Source of the DNA: Chlorokybus atmophyticus
Lineage: Eukaryota; Plantae; Mesostigma and Chlorokybus algae
Direction of reading: 5' to 3'
Assembly: GCA_009103225.1 (NCBI GenBank)
Contig: RHPI01000671.1
Location: forward strand, 322,838-386,837
DNA length: 64,000 nt
Below the pieces are notes generated by a model. It made no database searches. It had not been told where the DNA came from and was given only the letters and a program-made list of their open reading frames with translations. Shown piece after piece: positions 13,928 through 26,300 of the stretch (position 1 is the first letter of the stretch; each line of letters begins with the position of its first letter). Both the position numbers and the translations under genes were made by a program.

Positions 13928-14000
13928 CGAAACCCCAAATGAGAAACCAGCTAGCATGACATGACATGATATGCTAGCTGGCTTCTCATTTGGGGTTTCG
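13928..14000. other. 30-bp near-perfect inverted repeat (hairpin, 13-nt loop)
   Basis: cgaaaccccaaatgagaaaccagctagcat (13928-13957) is the reverse complement of 13971-14000 with one mismatch. Confidence 0.9.
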
Positions 14001-14838
14001 CCAAGCACCAGATGAAGGAGCCGGCGATAGCAAAATGTTGCTCTACCGCAGAGCCTCTGCGTACACAGCTGCGAATCCCCGCCAAAGTCGCAGCTCTAGG
14101 CCAACCGTACCACTGCAGTCCAAGCCGAGGATCCTGGGATGCTGCATGATTGGGGACTTCGTTTAGTTTGCCTGCGTCGTCTCTGTAATTGACTGCCAGG
14201 ATTAATGTGGTCTACGGTGGCTTCGCCGTTGTAAGTATCAATGCAGTCGACGGCATAAAATGTACTGTGCGGCACCCTAACTGCGCCGTAGCAAAGTGCT
14301 TCAGAGTTTTGGTGACGTCACGGTGGTGTCACGACATGAGGCAAAGTCTCGCCGACACCAGTGCAATAAGTGTCAGTGCAGGGCCGCTACTAGCGGCAGA
14401 AGGCCGCTAGACAACTCGCCCTGCAAGTTGCAGGCGACTGGCCGGCGGCGAAGGAAAGCAAAGAATACCGGCCACACGTGCCCAGCATGGCGAGTCGCCA
14501 TAGCCGAAGCCGTAGTTTAACCGCCCATTCACAAATGCTCCTGATTGACAAAATGATCGTGTCGATTAGATGCAGCTGAGCTGCAGTAGCTCAGCAAAAG
14601 TTGCCGGCAAGTCACCAACAATGCAAATCATTCAATAGAAGTGAATGACTGCTAGGCGCTTCCGTAACGCGTAGCGTCGCGTCTCTTCCTTACGCGCGCA
14701 TTTGTCGGTCAAGCAGCATCTGCCGAACAGAGATTGCATGAACAAGCTGAACCTGCTGAACACCTGTAGGCCGAGGCTACAGCAGGCCGCGGTCTTACCG
14801 ATTACGGACGCTCGCGGTACCGTGTTTGACAAATGCCC

Positions 14839-15062
14839 GTGAGAGACGGTGTAATGACTGACCTTCGGTAACATGGGGTAATTCACAACCACCAACCTCT
14901 ACGCATGGACACTCTTGATGCATGTTACTCGGATGCGTGTGCAGTCACACGTGAGAGACGGTGTAATGACTGACCTTCGGTAACATGGGGTAATTCACAA
15001 CCACCAACCTCTACGCATGGACACTCTTGATGCATGTTACTCGGATGCGTGTGCAGTCACAC
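14839..15062 (+). repeat. Perfect 112-bp tandem duplication
   Basis: 14839-14950 is identical to 14951-15062 by direct comparison. Confidence 0.95.
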
Positions 15063-15189
15063 AAGTGCATAAAGGTGCGTTCTATTAAAGGCGTTGATGA
15101 AAATAGCGGATAATAGGGTGCGGCTGATTGGGCGGTTTGATTGGGCCGGCCGGCATTAGGGCACAGAAATACATTACGTGGAAGCCATC

Positions 15190-15700
15190 ACATACGGTAC
15201 CCGCGACTGCCGAACTGCGCGGAGTCGGAACCCCTCCGTCTACGGAGACGCCCGCGGCGACCCGCGGAGACACCGGACGGCCGGCGCGCGACCGGAACCC
15301 CGCCGCGCGGCCGGCGCCCCGCCGGCCCCGCGCGTCTCCGGTTAACCGAGGCGTCGGCGGTCGACGCGCACGCGCCGACGCTGACGCCATTAACGTCGGC
15401 GGCCACACCCGTTGCAATGGGGCGGTGGTCTGGGCGGGCGGGAAGGCGGCGAGCTCCTTGCCGCCTCCGCCCGGCAAGCAGCGGAGAGAGGGCGGCGGAG
15501 GGCAGGGTGGTGTGGGCGAAGCGGAGAGGGCAGGGTGGCGTGGGCGAACCGGAAGGTGGCGAGCTTTTCGCCGCCTGCTCCCTGCAGGCAGCGGAGAGAC
15601 GGCTGCGCTGGGCAGGGTGGTGTGGGCCGGCGAGAGAGGGCGATGGGTGACTGGCGGTGCGTGGGGCGCGAGCGAAGCAGCTGCTTTGTCGTTTGTAGGT
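15190..15700. other. Very GC/CpG-rich structured segment with two ~80-bp imperfect direct repeats
   Basis: ~15440-15518 resembles ~15551-15628 (ggaaggYggcgagct...gccgcct...gcagcggagaga...gggcagggtggtgtggg). Composition is sharply different from the flanks. Confidence 0.7.
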
Positions 15701-15849
15701 TACTTTTTCATAAGTGTTCAATCGTTGGCTTGTTAGCAGTCGCTGCAGTTGCAGGGGGTGTTCTGTGCCTAGGCTTGTTTATTTAATGAATGGCTTACAA
15801 GACTGCAAGAGGGTGTATTCTGACATTTGCAGGGTTGTTGTGTGTGTAG

Positions 15850-16520
15850 GCATACACGCACATTGCATGTAGCAACTGTAAGAGTGTGACTGGCGAACAA
15901 TTGCAGTGTTTGTTTTAAGTGTATGCGTGCACACGCATGCAAGCGTACACACACACTATATGCACGCAGCAGCTGTACCAGTGTATGCGTGTGTACTTGA
16001 CTGCGCACGCACACTGCATGCAGCAACTGTAAGAGTGTGTGACTGGGGAACAATTGCAGTGTTTGTTATAAGTGTAGGCGTGCACAAGCATGCATGCGTA
16101 CACTCACACACACAATGCACGCAGCAGCCATTACATGTAGCAACTGTAAGAGTGTGACTGGCGAATAATTGCAGTGTTTGTTCTAAGTGTATGCGTGCAC
16201 ACGCATGCAAGCGTACACACACACTATATGCACGCAGCAGCTGTACCAGTGTATGCGTGTGTACTTAACTGCGCAAGCACACTGCATGCAGCAACTGTAA
16301 GAGTGTGTGACTGGGGAACAATTGCAGTGTTTGTTATAGGTGTAGGCGTGCACAAGCATGCATGCGTACACTCACACACACAATGCACGCAGCAGCTGAA
16401 CGGGTGTACTCGTGTGTACTTGACTTGTACTTGACTGGCAATAGTTGCAGGGTTTGTTGTATGTGTAGGCGTGCACATGCACGCGCACACACACGCACAG
16501 TGCACGCAGCAGCTGTACAA
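15850..16520 (+). repeat. Minisatellite with ~268-bp higher-order unit (two related monomers of ~150 and ~118 bp)
   Basis: gcaactgtaagagtgtg recurs at about 15871, 16022, 16140 and 16290. The ORF track shows near-identical peptides offset by 268 bp (15906 vs 16174). Confidence 0.9.
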
Positions 16521-16882
16521 GTCTAAGTGTGTACATGACGGGCGACAGTTGTAGTGCTCAGTTGTATTGGTTAGCTAAGTTGTTTGAAAAAGAATTGGCC
16601 GTGGGTGGTCAGCCCAGTCATAGTGTAGGTGGTAGCTGAGTAACTAGATGAGTAAAGCCCCGTGGTAAGTAGTACTTGCTGCTGTTGGCATGATGTGCGC
16701 TCATTACTTGAATGTAACATGCATGGACATACGCACCTCATTTCATGTACATTGTGGCACATGTATCTACATAACCAGCCAGCACCAATTCCCGCCCACT
16801 TCACTTACAGGTACACTACCTAGACTTCAAGCATGGCTCAATGTGCTTATGTATACACACATGTACATGCTCAACTCTTAAC

Positions 16883-19800
16883 TCAATCAAGGCATGCCTC
16901 CTCTGCTCCTGCATCGTCATTCAAAGCTTTACGCTTGCCGGAGCGTTGCGCGCGCAGCTGATCACAAAGCTGTGTGATCGTCATTGCTTTTCCTCGACGG
17001 TGTTGTGCGGGGTCATTTCTGTGAGCATCAAGTCGCATTGCTGCATTCTCTTCAGATACGCCAAAGTCTTTGGCCGTCCTCATTATATGCTGATAGATGA
17101 TGTTGCGCTTGTCGAAAAGCTTCGCCATGGCGCGGTCTCCTTGCCGCCAGGCTGTCTTATGCAATCGCATAAGCTTTCTGACCGCTGGTCCACCATCCAA
17201 GCCGGATGTGTATTCGGTCCAGATGTCCACTACAGTCGACAACTCCTTCTGCAATTGACATTTTGGCGGAATGCCGCGTGCGTTCGACTTAGATTGAGGG
17301 AGTGGTTGCGATATCAATGCACAACGTGTATCTCTGGCAGGTGCTGCGGAGCGTACGTTATTGCCTGCTGAGCTGTCCGCTCCGAAGTGCACTCCCTGTT
17401 GTGCAAATCCTTCACGCATGAAGCGCTCCATGCGAGTGAGTCTCACATCCACAGACGCCTCGAAAGCAATCAGCATCTGCTGCTGCGCTGTCACGTGGTC
17501 CATCACCATCTGCAGTAGCCGCTCTTGCTGTCGCATGATGGCGGCAATCTGCACAATGGTTAATATTAACATGTATTTAAATATACTGGTTGTATATTGA
17601 AATGAGTTTGACACATTACATTACATGCTCAAAATAACATACTCGATCAGGCAGTGTGTCGTACTGTGGGTTTGGCGCAGCCATTGACTGATCGTGAGCA
17701 ACACATACTTGTGCGGCCCAAGCCTCAAACTCTGGAGTCTGGAACATAGGGTGTGCACATACGCTCAGAGCGGCGAATCCGCACTGCTGCACATCGCCCC
17801 GCGTAAACGTTATGTCACGGCGCATCACAGCTACATCCTGAGTGATCAATACAACAAGTTATGCATTGTTCACATATGGGCAATGAAAATTTGCATTACC
17901 CCATAACGTTAAGCACGTTTCTGACCTGAGCAATGACGTCACGCATGTAATCGAGGAACTCGCAGTGCTTGTAAGCGGCATAATCGGTCTGACCGGACGC
18001 TCGCTCTCTCTGGCAATACACGCTTGTTATTAAATAATTGAATAAATAATAATACAACATACACAAACAAACACATCATGTCTGCTCATACCGCGCGTAT
18101 CGCCTCCATAGCCTCATTAAGCCATGGGAAAATCTCATGCCGTAGTGTATGCGGTAGTAAAAATCGAGAGCGCGCCAAAAAGTATTTCGATGACAGTTGC
18201 TCACCACCGTGCCCGGCTATTACAGCGCAAGTAGCCACGTCCAACTTGATGACGTACGACAATGAAAAGTGCTCATTGTTCCATCTTCCATTCTGCTTAA
18301 TCCCTTGCTCTGTAGCGCTGCATAGCATAAGTATATAAGTTTACGTGCTCGCAGCCATTCATCATTGAAGCAACAACACATGTAAGACTTACCCTGCATT
18401 CATAGCTTGCTGCGATGACTCCTTTCGCGAAGCATGTACCTTCTGCCTCCCGCGCACAATATCGCACTCTTTAAACGCCTCACAAGCGTTAACGTACTGC
18501 TGCTTGTATGACAGGTGCTTGCTGGGGTCTTCTCCTGGAAACAGTGGTTCTGCATACCTGTTGAAATGATCACAAATGTGTTGACTTAATCATATACGTT
18601 GCTTCTATAACTCAGTCATATACGTTGCATTTATCGTGAGTTATAGCTATAACACGAGCAGCATTGACAGACTTTACACACTAACCAAGCTGCTCGTGTT
18701 GAGAAGTCTGGCGGTGGGCGCTCCTGCAAGTGATACTTATGGAAGAGGTGCATCGCCATTGCGTTCTGCCAGCACGCTACTGGGTTCCAATGCCCGAGCC
18801 CGCCAAAGTATTCAACTCCACCATTCTGTTGAACAAACATATTTGTGGTTAACTTATGTGGTATCGCATGCATTGTGCATTAAAATCTTATTAAATCAAG
18901 CCGTGCGCATGCAACATATATACCTTGTTCATTTTGCCGTTTCGAGACACAAAGCACAGGATGACGCCTTGATCCGGGCCTAAAAAGGTCTTGTCGGGCT
19001 TGTAGATGAAAAGATCGCAGATCTCTACAGCGCGAGAAACATCTCCACGCGTGAGACACACGTGCCGTAAACACAAATCAAGCCTAGAGTGCATACACAA
19101 AATGTTAGACAATAAACATAATGCGAACACAAGCATCTAACTACTGTACATACCGTGCTCTCAGTGCTGCTGCCTGTTTTGCTGCGTTCCCTGATCGCAG
19201 CGCCTTTTGCAACCAATACTCGCTCATCCGTTGATAATCATCTGCAGTGTACGACTCCGCACCCGTGCCGGCCAACCGATCGCGAAACTCACTGTAATAA
19301 CAATCAAACTATAATGCATAAGGTAACTAAATAAGCAGTTGTGCAATGAAACATACTTAGACTGCAATATGTGTAATACACACACATGCTCGAAGTGTAG
19401 TACATGCATGCAGTGCTTACGCTTTTGCTTTGCTGGAGATGTTTCGTTTGGCTACATTCAAGATAAGCTGTACTGCTTGCTTCTTTCGCAAGTCTTCAGG
19501 AAAACAGTCATCTACAACACTTTGATCTTTCAAAGCATCTTGCAAGCCCTTCACATAATTCTCCAAAGTGCTCCAAGACTGGTCTTGTTTGGAGATTAGA
19601 AACTCTAACGCGCGATCAATGGTTACGCGCGTTAGTAGGCCATGCTCTGTGCACCAACCCTGCAAACATGTACATGCACACTTCAGTCAGCATGCCATCA
19701 TGTCGTCACACATTATGTTGATGCTCCAAGACACTTAGGCCTCATACCTCATAAGCCTTCACAGCGCGTGTATAGGCAGCTCTTGTGGACGATGGTCGAG

Positions 19801-19891
19801 CTGCTTGCTTGGCCGATAAGAGATCCGACACTGTTCCTCTGCGTAACGGCGCATGCTGCATATTATCATCATTAAAGTCTTCGTTGTCCAT
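16883..19891 (-). CDS. Crypton (CryptonF-like) tyrosine recombinase with NDC10-II-like core and C-terminal GCR1_C-like domain, about 9 exons, apparently intact
   Basis: GT-AG spliced reading has no internal stops: MDNEDF...RPSSTRAAYTRAVKAYE|GWC...|EFRDRLAGTGAESY...R|LDLCLRHVCLTRGDVSRAVEICDLF...RNGKMNK|NGGVEYFG...DFSTRAAW|Y...KVHASRK...G|ATEQGIKQNGRWNNEHFSLSY...IFPWL...|...VIAQ|D...HPMFQTPEF...|...LSTVVDIWTEYTSGLDGGPAVRKLMR...WR, TGA at 16883. The R, K, HxxR, W and Y catalytic positions are all present. Confidence 0.88.
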
Positions 19892-19924
19892 TGTGGCTTG
19901 ACGGGCGTTCCTGCCCACACCTCA

Positions 19925-20320
19925 TTGAGTTGCCATAGCAAGACACAACAACAGCAACAACACAACCACCAGCCCTTGTGCTGGTCGTTGTTGTTGTTGC
20001 CACAGCAAGACACAACAACAACCACAACAACCACAACAGCAACAACAACGACCAGCACAAGGGCTGGTCGTTGTTGTTGCCACAGCAAGACACACCAACA
20101 ACAATAACAACCGCAACAAGTGCTGGTTGTTGTTGTTGCGGCTACAGCAAGACACAACGACAACAACAACAACAGCAACAACAACCACCAGCACTTGTGC
20201 TGGTCGTTGTTGTTGTTGTTGTTGTTGTGTCTTACTGTGGCACTTGTGCTGGTCGTTGTTGTTGTTGCCACAGCAAGACACAACAACAACAACAAGCACT
20301 TGCTGTTGCCACAGCAAGTC

Positions 20321-20363
<43 letters not shown>

Positions 20364-20570
20364 GCACGGACGCTTGTTGTTGTTGCCACCGCAAGACACA
20401 ACAACAACAACAAGCGCTAAGTGTTGCAACATCAAGACACAACAACAACAACAACAACAACCAGCAGCACAAGTGCTGGTTGTTGTTGTTGTTGCCACAG
20501 CAAGACACAACAACAAGAGCTTGTGCTTGTTGTTGTGGTTGTGGCAACACTTAGCAAGCAACAGCAACAA
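19925..20570. repeat. Fold-back satellite built from (CAA)n-CCAGCAC-NN-GTGCTGG-TC-(GTT)n-GCCACAGCAAGACA units
   Basis: About 8-10 imperfect units. Complementary (CAA)n and (GTT)n tracts alternate around a short palindrome. Confidence 0.88.
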
Positions 20571-21299
20571 CATGGACGACATATGCTTACAGGGTTGATG
20601 TCGCTGTGTGATGTCGCTGTGAATCCTTGCTTTGCTGCCGTGAGCTACACCCGCTCCTGACATGCCGCACCTGCATGTACGCGTGTAAGCGCGCATATTG
20701 CAAAGACAGAGTGATAGAGCATGTGCATGGTCATGCGTGCGTGTATGTATGGCCAAGTGTGTGCTTTGTGTGCGTTGGTGCAACGATTTGCCCTCCCCAC
20801 CCCCTTACGCACAGGAACCACCGCCCTACGCACACATCCTTACGCACAGCAGCCTGTTGTGCGTAAGTATGGCTCCACCGCAGCTTGGTGCTTTAAGCCG
20901 TGCACTGCAAGCGCAGGCAGCGCCTGCACCCTTAACTTATCTAATCCATGAGAGCATTACAACCCCTTTTCCCACTCCTTCAAGCTACTTTTAGCGCCGC
21001 CGCCGCCGCCGCCGCCAACGTCAACGCCAACCTGACGCTCACTGGCTCACTGTTAAGCGTTAATCTCGTAACGCTTAGGCTGGGGGGAGAGGAAAACTTA
21101 ACCTAATCACTACTTGGTTATGTACATATAACGTACCTAACCTAAATGACTGGCGGAGACATAATTGTCTACACACATAGCCGGCACACTGTCTACGTAG
21201 ACAATTATCAATACATATACGCGTTCGGTATCATACGGCGGGATGCGCGGCCCGCCTGCCTCTCATTGGCTAGACGGCGACTACGAAAATTTGGCCGTT

Positions 21300-24200
21300 G
21301 GATTTAGTTTTCAAAAAACTTGACCGTCCGTAGCACATCCCCACTTCATGCAACTGCTCAACAAGTATGCGAATATCAATGAGCACAACAACAAGGTGCA
21401 CATATGCCGGCATGTTGTTTCATGTAGTCCACATACCTATTAAGGTAGTAGATTAAGTAATAGCAATATGACCATGTTATGTATAGCGGTTTGCAGTGCC
21501 TAACATTGAGGTTACAATCAGCAATATAACGCTAACCTTAAACACCTTAACGTTAAGATTCAGTTAAACAGAAAGCCTAGCGCCGTTAGACCACCATTCG
21601 GTTGTATAATCTACAGAGCAAATGGTGTATAGACGTTGACAAGGGCCGTTGCCACGAAAAAGCACAAAAATGCCAATCATTGCAAAAATGCTCAAAAATA
21701 ACTTAAAGGCATTCCGGCGGCAACTCCATTCCTAACGGTGAATCCAAGTACGAGCTTTTTTGCGCTAACTTGGCGACAGCTATCGGTTAAGATGCGCGCT
21801 TTGGTGGTACGAGGTCGGGGCGAGCCCCATAACCCCAACATTTGCCGCCATCAGCAACCAGCACTGTAATGAATTGACGTACTGCTACTGAACTAATTGA
21901 TTGTATCTGTCGTTGATGTTCCATTAAATATGGTCTTCAGCCGATATGCGCTGGTTGCCACTTTGTTATCTGTATTGATTATGCATGCTTTCGCAAGCGT
22001 TGCCTTCATACTTGCGATCCATACCAAGAAATGTGTATAAAGTTGCATACTTGGCATACAAGGAATGCGCCTCCGGTAATAAATTAGCGGTGATGCTCAT
22101 TGCAAGCTAGCGTCGGTCCTATTAACCATGGTAAACGGTCTACGGCCGCGGTCTCTAATTGGCGTCAGTGCTGGCATCGTCGGATACAAACAATGTAGAT
22201 CGTGGCCGTTTAACAGACATCCCTATTTAATTACTCTAACATATAGTACATAAAAATGAGCACAGCCACGTGCATTTGACGCCACATGGCAAAACTAATC
22301 TAATCTAGATTTACGCCATAACCATAAATCACGTGCACGTGCCCCTCGCAGTGGAATTTCCATCACATCACATTTGGCTGCTCATAATGAATAGCAAAAC
22401 GTAGCAACCGCTATGCCGCTTCGCTCGAATACACCGCGTAAAAGTAAATCACGTGCTCCCCCTCGCAGTGGATTTGCAATCACATCACATTTAACAGCTC
22501 ATAATGACTAGCAAATTGTAGCAACCGCTATGCTGCTTCGCTCGAAGACACATACCGTCCGTCAATGTACATATGAACCTCGTCCACCCATAGTGCACCG
22601 GCTTCGCTGCCATCGACGGATTGCAACTTGTAGGTTGCCCTATCGTGACCCTCGTATGCATATTTATCTATGTACATTACAGCCGTCACGTTGGTGCAAA
22701 TCTCCACATTAATGTGTGCGTTGTACCTCAATTACGTCTATGGGGAGTAAGGTACAACCCAACAGTTATCGAGATCAACCGTCACCATATTGCCCGTCAT
22801 TGGGTCTTTCACCGTCTTTTGACAACTGTACGGTTGTCCTTACGACATCTGTACGCGGGGTAGCTTGGCTGCGACACGTCGGTCAAATCCAAAAATTGCT
22901 TGGGGAAATCTTTGCTGCATATCGGCTTGCAATCAGGTTCTTTTTCCATGCAGGGTGATTCCTTGTTCATCGCCCCACATGGTACGTGTATCATGCAGCT
23001 GGTTACGATGTCGTACAGCTCGCGCGCGTTTGTGTGATCAGGGATTTCAGCACATACATTCTAATGAATCTCCTTAGTGGTACAGGGTACGTCATCGAGA
23101 TGTAACAGTATTGAAATATGCGCGTGCGGTAGCCCCTGTCACAAAAAACATAGGTTGAGACGTCGTGTGCATTTACATTTGCACAAACACGTGATAGCTG
23201 TATTGTGCTTAAGTGTACATTTACATCCCTATTGTTAACTACCATTGTGGATTTGCCTTTTGGCCATTCAATGACACATCAAAACACCTCGCCATGTTGT
23301 GTGTCTCGCAGCAGTTGTTTGAGCTAAGTAAGTTAAATACGCGACTGACGATGTTCAGATGATGGTTGGGTTGTTCACTGGGGCGCAGCTCTCGTGATTT
23401 CTTCCCATTCTCCATTACATGTGAAAGTCACAAGTATATATCGAGAACGCCGAGCTTGCGTATGATTGCCATCGAATTATAATATAACATAATACAGCTG
23501 CACCATTGCTCTTGGCGTGCCTTATGATGACGATGGTAGGATTATCTTGCCCCACATCACGCCCTTGTACATTCTCGTCGTTGGCCACAGTATCCGCCAA
23601 CCCTGCAACACATGTACATAGTCCAACACGGGTGCCTTGTATAGCGCTTGCTGTATGGTGATGATTGTACTTAAGTAGTAGGATTATGCACATACGGTAG
23701 TATGATGTAATGTCATTATGCGTGGCATGCATACCTCGATAGCAATCAGCTCGTACTTCTTTTTTATGGGGCCGAATGCAAAGCAGGAGTTTGTCGTCTA
23801 TTTTGCACCAATTGGGTAACAGCCACTCCTCGTACAGGCGCTGGCCGCGTGAACATTGCACTCGTGTATTGTCGATCTCGACCTCGCATCCAGTAAGCAG
23901 CATACTCTCTGGCAGTCCTTGTGCGCGTGCTTCCTTATGGCGCAATCGTTGGCTCTTCCGGATCCTCCATTTCGTCAACATGTTATTTGTTGTCATCGGC
24001 GTCCGCCCACGCATTGCTTGCTGCTTTAGGTTTTATTTTTGGGGAATGCCCCAATACCAACCCTCCTCGCCTTGAAGGTGCAGCAACACAAATTGCATTG
24101 GATCATTGGCCGCATACAAGGAGTCAATCTTCTGCACAGCGCCATCGTGGCGCTGTGCAGAAGATTGATGAGTAAGGTGACCCTACTCATGATAACGTGT

Positions 24201-26300
24201 CGTAAATCCACATGCTGCTTGCTAAGGCACATGTATACGCGTGTCATTGCCAAGTGGCTCTTGCATCATCATGTAATACAGCTTACCCAATAGCGGATGA
24301 CAATATCGCAACAGTTGCACTCTTCGACGTTGTCTCCTATGAAAAGGTATAGATGCGGCCAGTTCTTTAGCTGCATGGGTGCATTGTAACGCCGCTTATC
24401 GAGTGTACCATCCAGATGTGATACACCAGAGCCCAATTTTCAGCTTCCTAGTCTCTCACTTCTTCGTGAGATGTCCGAACATTGCGCACGTATTTGTTTT
24501 GCGACAGCAGCATCTCATGCAGCTCATTTAACAGCGCGGAGTAAGATACATTCGGTCAATGCCGATATAAATTGGGCCTCTGCTTCTTTGCCGCATTTGG
24601 ATCAATAATGTAGAGCTGGGCTGATATCGGGTCATGCCCTATTTTGGACACCAATGGACTGACCCGATGATCGCTATTACCGTGCAAGCTCATCATCCGC
24701 ACATCAGTGTCCAGTCGTTCATTGCAAGCGCTGTCATCGCTCTACAATATTAACAACCAAGATTAATACCCGAATGCGCAATTGCGTTTGCAATCCACTA
24801 TAATACCTAGTTGTTCATTAATGTCGATGCCATTCCCACGTTGAGATTGCATTTACGTATGTGCTTGCGGAAACTTTGCGCGCGAAAAGTGTCTTGTGTT
24901 TGTAGCTGCAGCAATGGAGCTTACAAGCGGCGTGCTAGTGGAAATGATGACATCAAGTCCACCTAACCTTCCATGCAGCAGATTGCACATCCTTTCGTAG
25001 CCCTTTCACCTTTTTAAACTTTTGTGTAGCAGCTAAGACATTCCACGCGCACCCCAATCCGCTTCGTATGTTGCGCCTCATTCTCGTGTCATTGAACCCG
25101 TCTGTGTAGCGAGCTTCCGTATAGCTTCAAAGTTGCTGCATTGCGGCAGGTTTATGCGGTTGCTGCGCCGCGTCTTGCTGTCGCTGCTCTACGAACAGAT
25201 AATAATCTTATTGTTGCTGATGCGACGTTGATGTTGACGCTGCGCCTCGTTAAATAGGCGTCGCTGCACGAGTTTCTTTAGATTGACGCTGACATGATTG
25301 TGCATGTTGTGATGCGTGAATCTAATAACGTCGGATATCGGTTTTTGGAGTTTGCTTTGCACAAATATTTTGCATGCGTGCAGCATTTTTTCGTTTTTCA
25401 TTTGTTGTGGGATTCACTTGAAGCTGCCGCGTTCGCCGTGCTGTCAATTTGCTTGACTGCATTCGGCATAGCATTGTCGCGCGCATTGTCTTGAGCTTCG
25501 TGTTCATGTTGACCATTGCATTCATGCTCATCTGATTGCTGATGCAATGGCGCAGCCAAAGTGGATGCGATCGAGCGGTGCATGTGGTGGACTTTTACGG
25601 AGAGACCGATCATCTTCAGAAGACAGCGTGATCTTTTACTGCATCATGCGCTTTTGTGGCGTGTATGCTGCCTTGAGCAAGTTGCAATCTGTGTCACGCT
25701 GACGGAATGTAAGCAATGAAGCCAATGGTATGTTCGACACTCGAGCTCGCCAAGCCTGCCCATCAGCTAGAGCGTAATTTAAGTTGTATGCTCCGGTGGG
25801 TCGTTGCCGCCGTTGTTGCACTGCATGGCTGCGGCTTGCAGAATGGACTCGCGAGATGCAATTAACGCTTGTTGCAAAGCCTCCAATCCAGCGCGTACAG
25901 CAGCTAGCGTCACCATCGGATGTTGCGGATGACAATGTTGCTCTTTGTCATGTTGAACGCTTTAAATGACAGGCGCCCCACCACATATAGCTGCTTGCAT
26001 CATCGGTTGCTGCTCGCTCTCATGCGCAATACTTGTTGTGGCTGTCACCGTTGCTGCAAGAGAGGTGGTACGGTAACGCGCGGTCGCTGTTAAAACGTAA
26101 TCATTAATCTATGGTCGCTTTGTCTGCAATGGTACCCATTGCGGCTTAAATTGTTCTCCTTGTTGCTACTTTTGTTCACATATTTTCTTCTGCGCTTGCG
26201 CCTGCTGATACTGTTCGCGTCGCCACTATAATCGTGTTGCACATTGCCCACTGCTCTCGTTATCATGCCTGCGTCGATCGGATGCCGCTTTTGCATACTT
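21300..26300 (-). mobile_element. Decayed Helitron (Rep/PIF1 helicase pseudogene)
   Basis: Ordered fragments with stops and frameshifts on the minus strand: ECLSC...CCMEG (~25000); FRKHIRKCN (~24870); LHGNSDHRVSPL...AQLYIIDP (~24650); CIRPHKKEVRADCY..GLAD..VGQ (~23600-23780); EWEEI..ELRP...IVSRVF (~23380); CSKDFPKQF...YPAYRCRKDN (~22850); YNAHINVEIC...KY.Y.GHDRA...DEV..YIDGRYVSSSEA (22528-22731); helicase-like ANLLPEAHS (~22070) and GGK (~21850). Boundaries are approximate. Confidence 0.88.
22326..22556 (+). repeat. Imperfect ~120-bp tandem duplication inside the Helitron
   Basis: taaatcacgtgc...cccctcgcagtgga...catcacatcacattt...gtagcaaccgctatg.cgcttcgctcgaa occurs twice in tandem. Confidence 0.85.

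Larger units (their letters stand above)
16560..20600 (-). mobile_element. Crypton DNA transposon (termini not resolved; may extend to ~15.1 kb and ~21 kb)
   Basis: Encodes the YR + GCR1_C protein typical of CryptonF-type elements and is bracketed by two satellites. No terminal direct repeat could be identified by eye. Confidence 0.6.

Noticed and set aside
15085-15786. Several overlapping 120-200 aa ORFs
   Set aside because: Open on both strands because of extreme GC content, Arg/Gly/Ala/Pro-biased, with no motif.
19759-20783. Poly-Gln/Thr/Cys/Val ORFs, and a possible CRISPR-like array
   Set aside because: They are translations of the CAA/GTT satellite. Spacers are not unique, there are no cas genes, and the context is eukaryotic.
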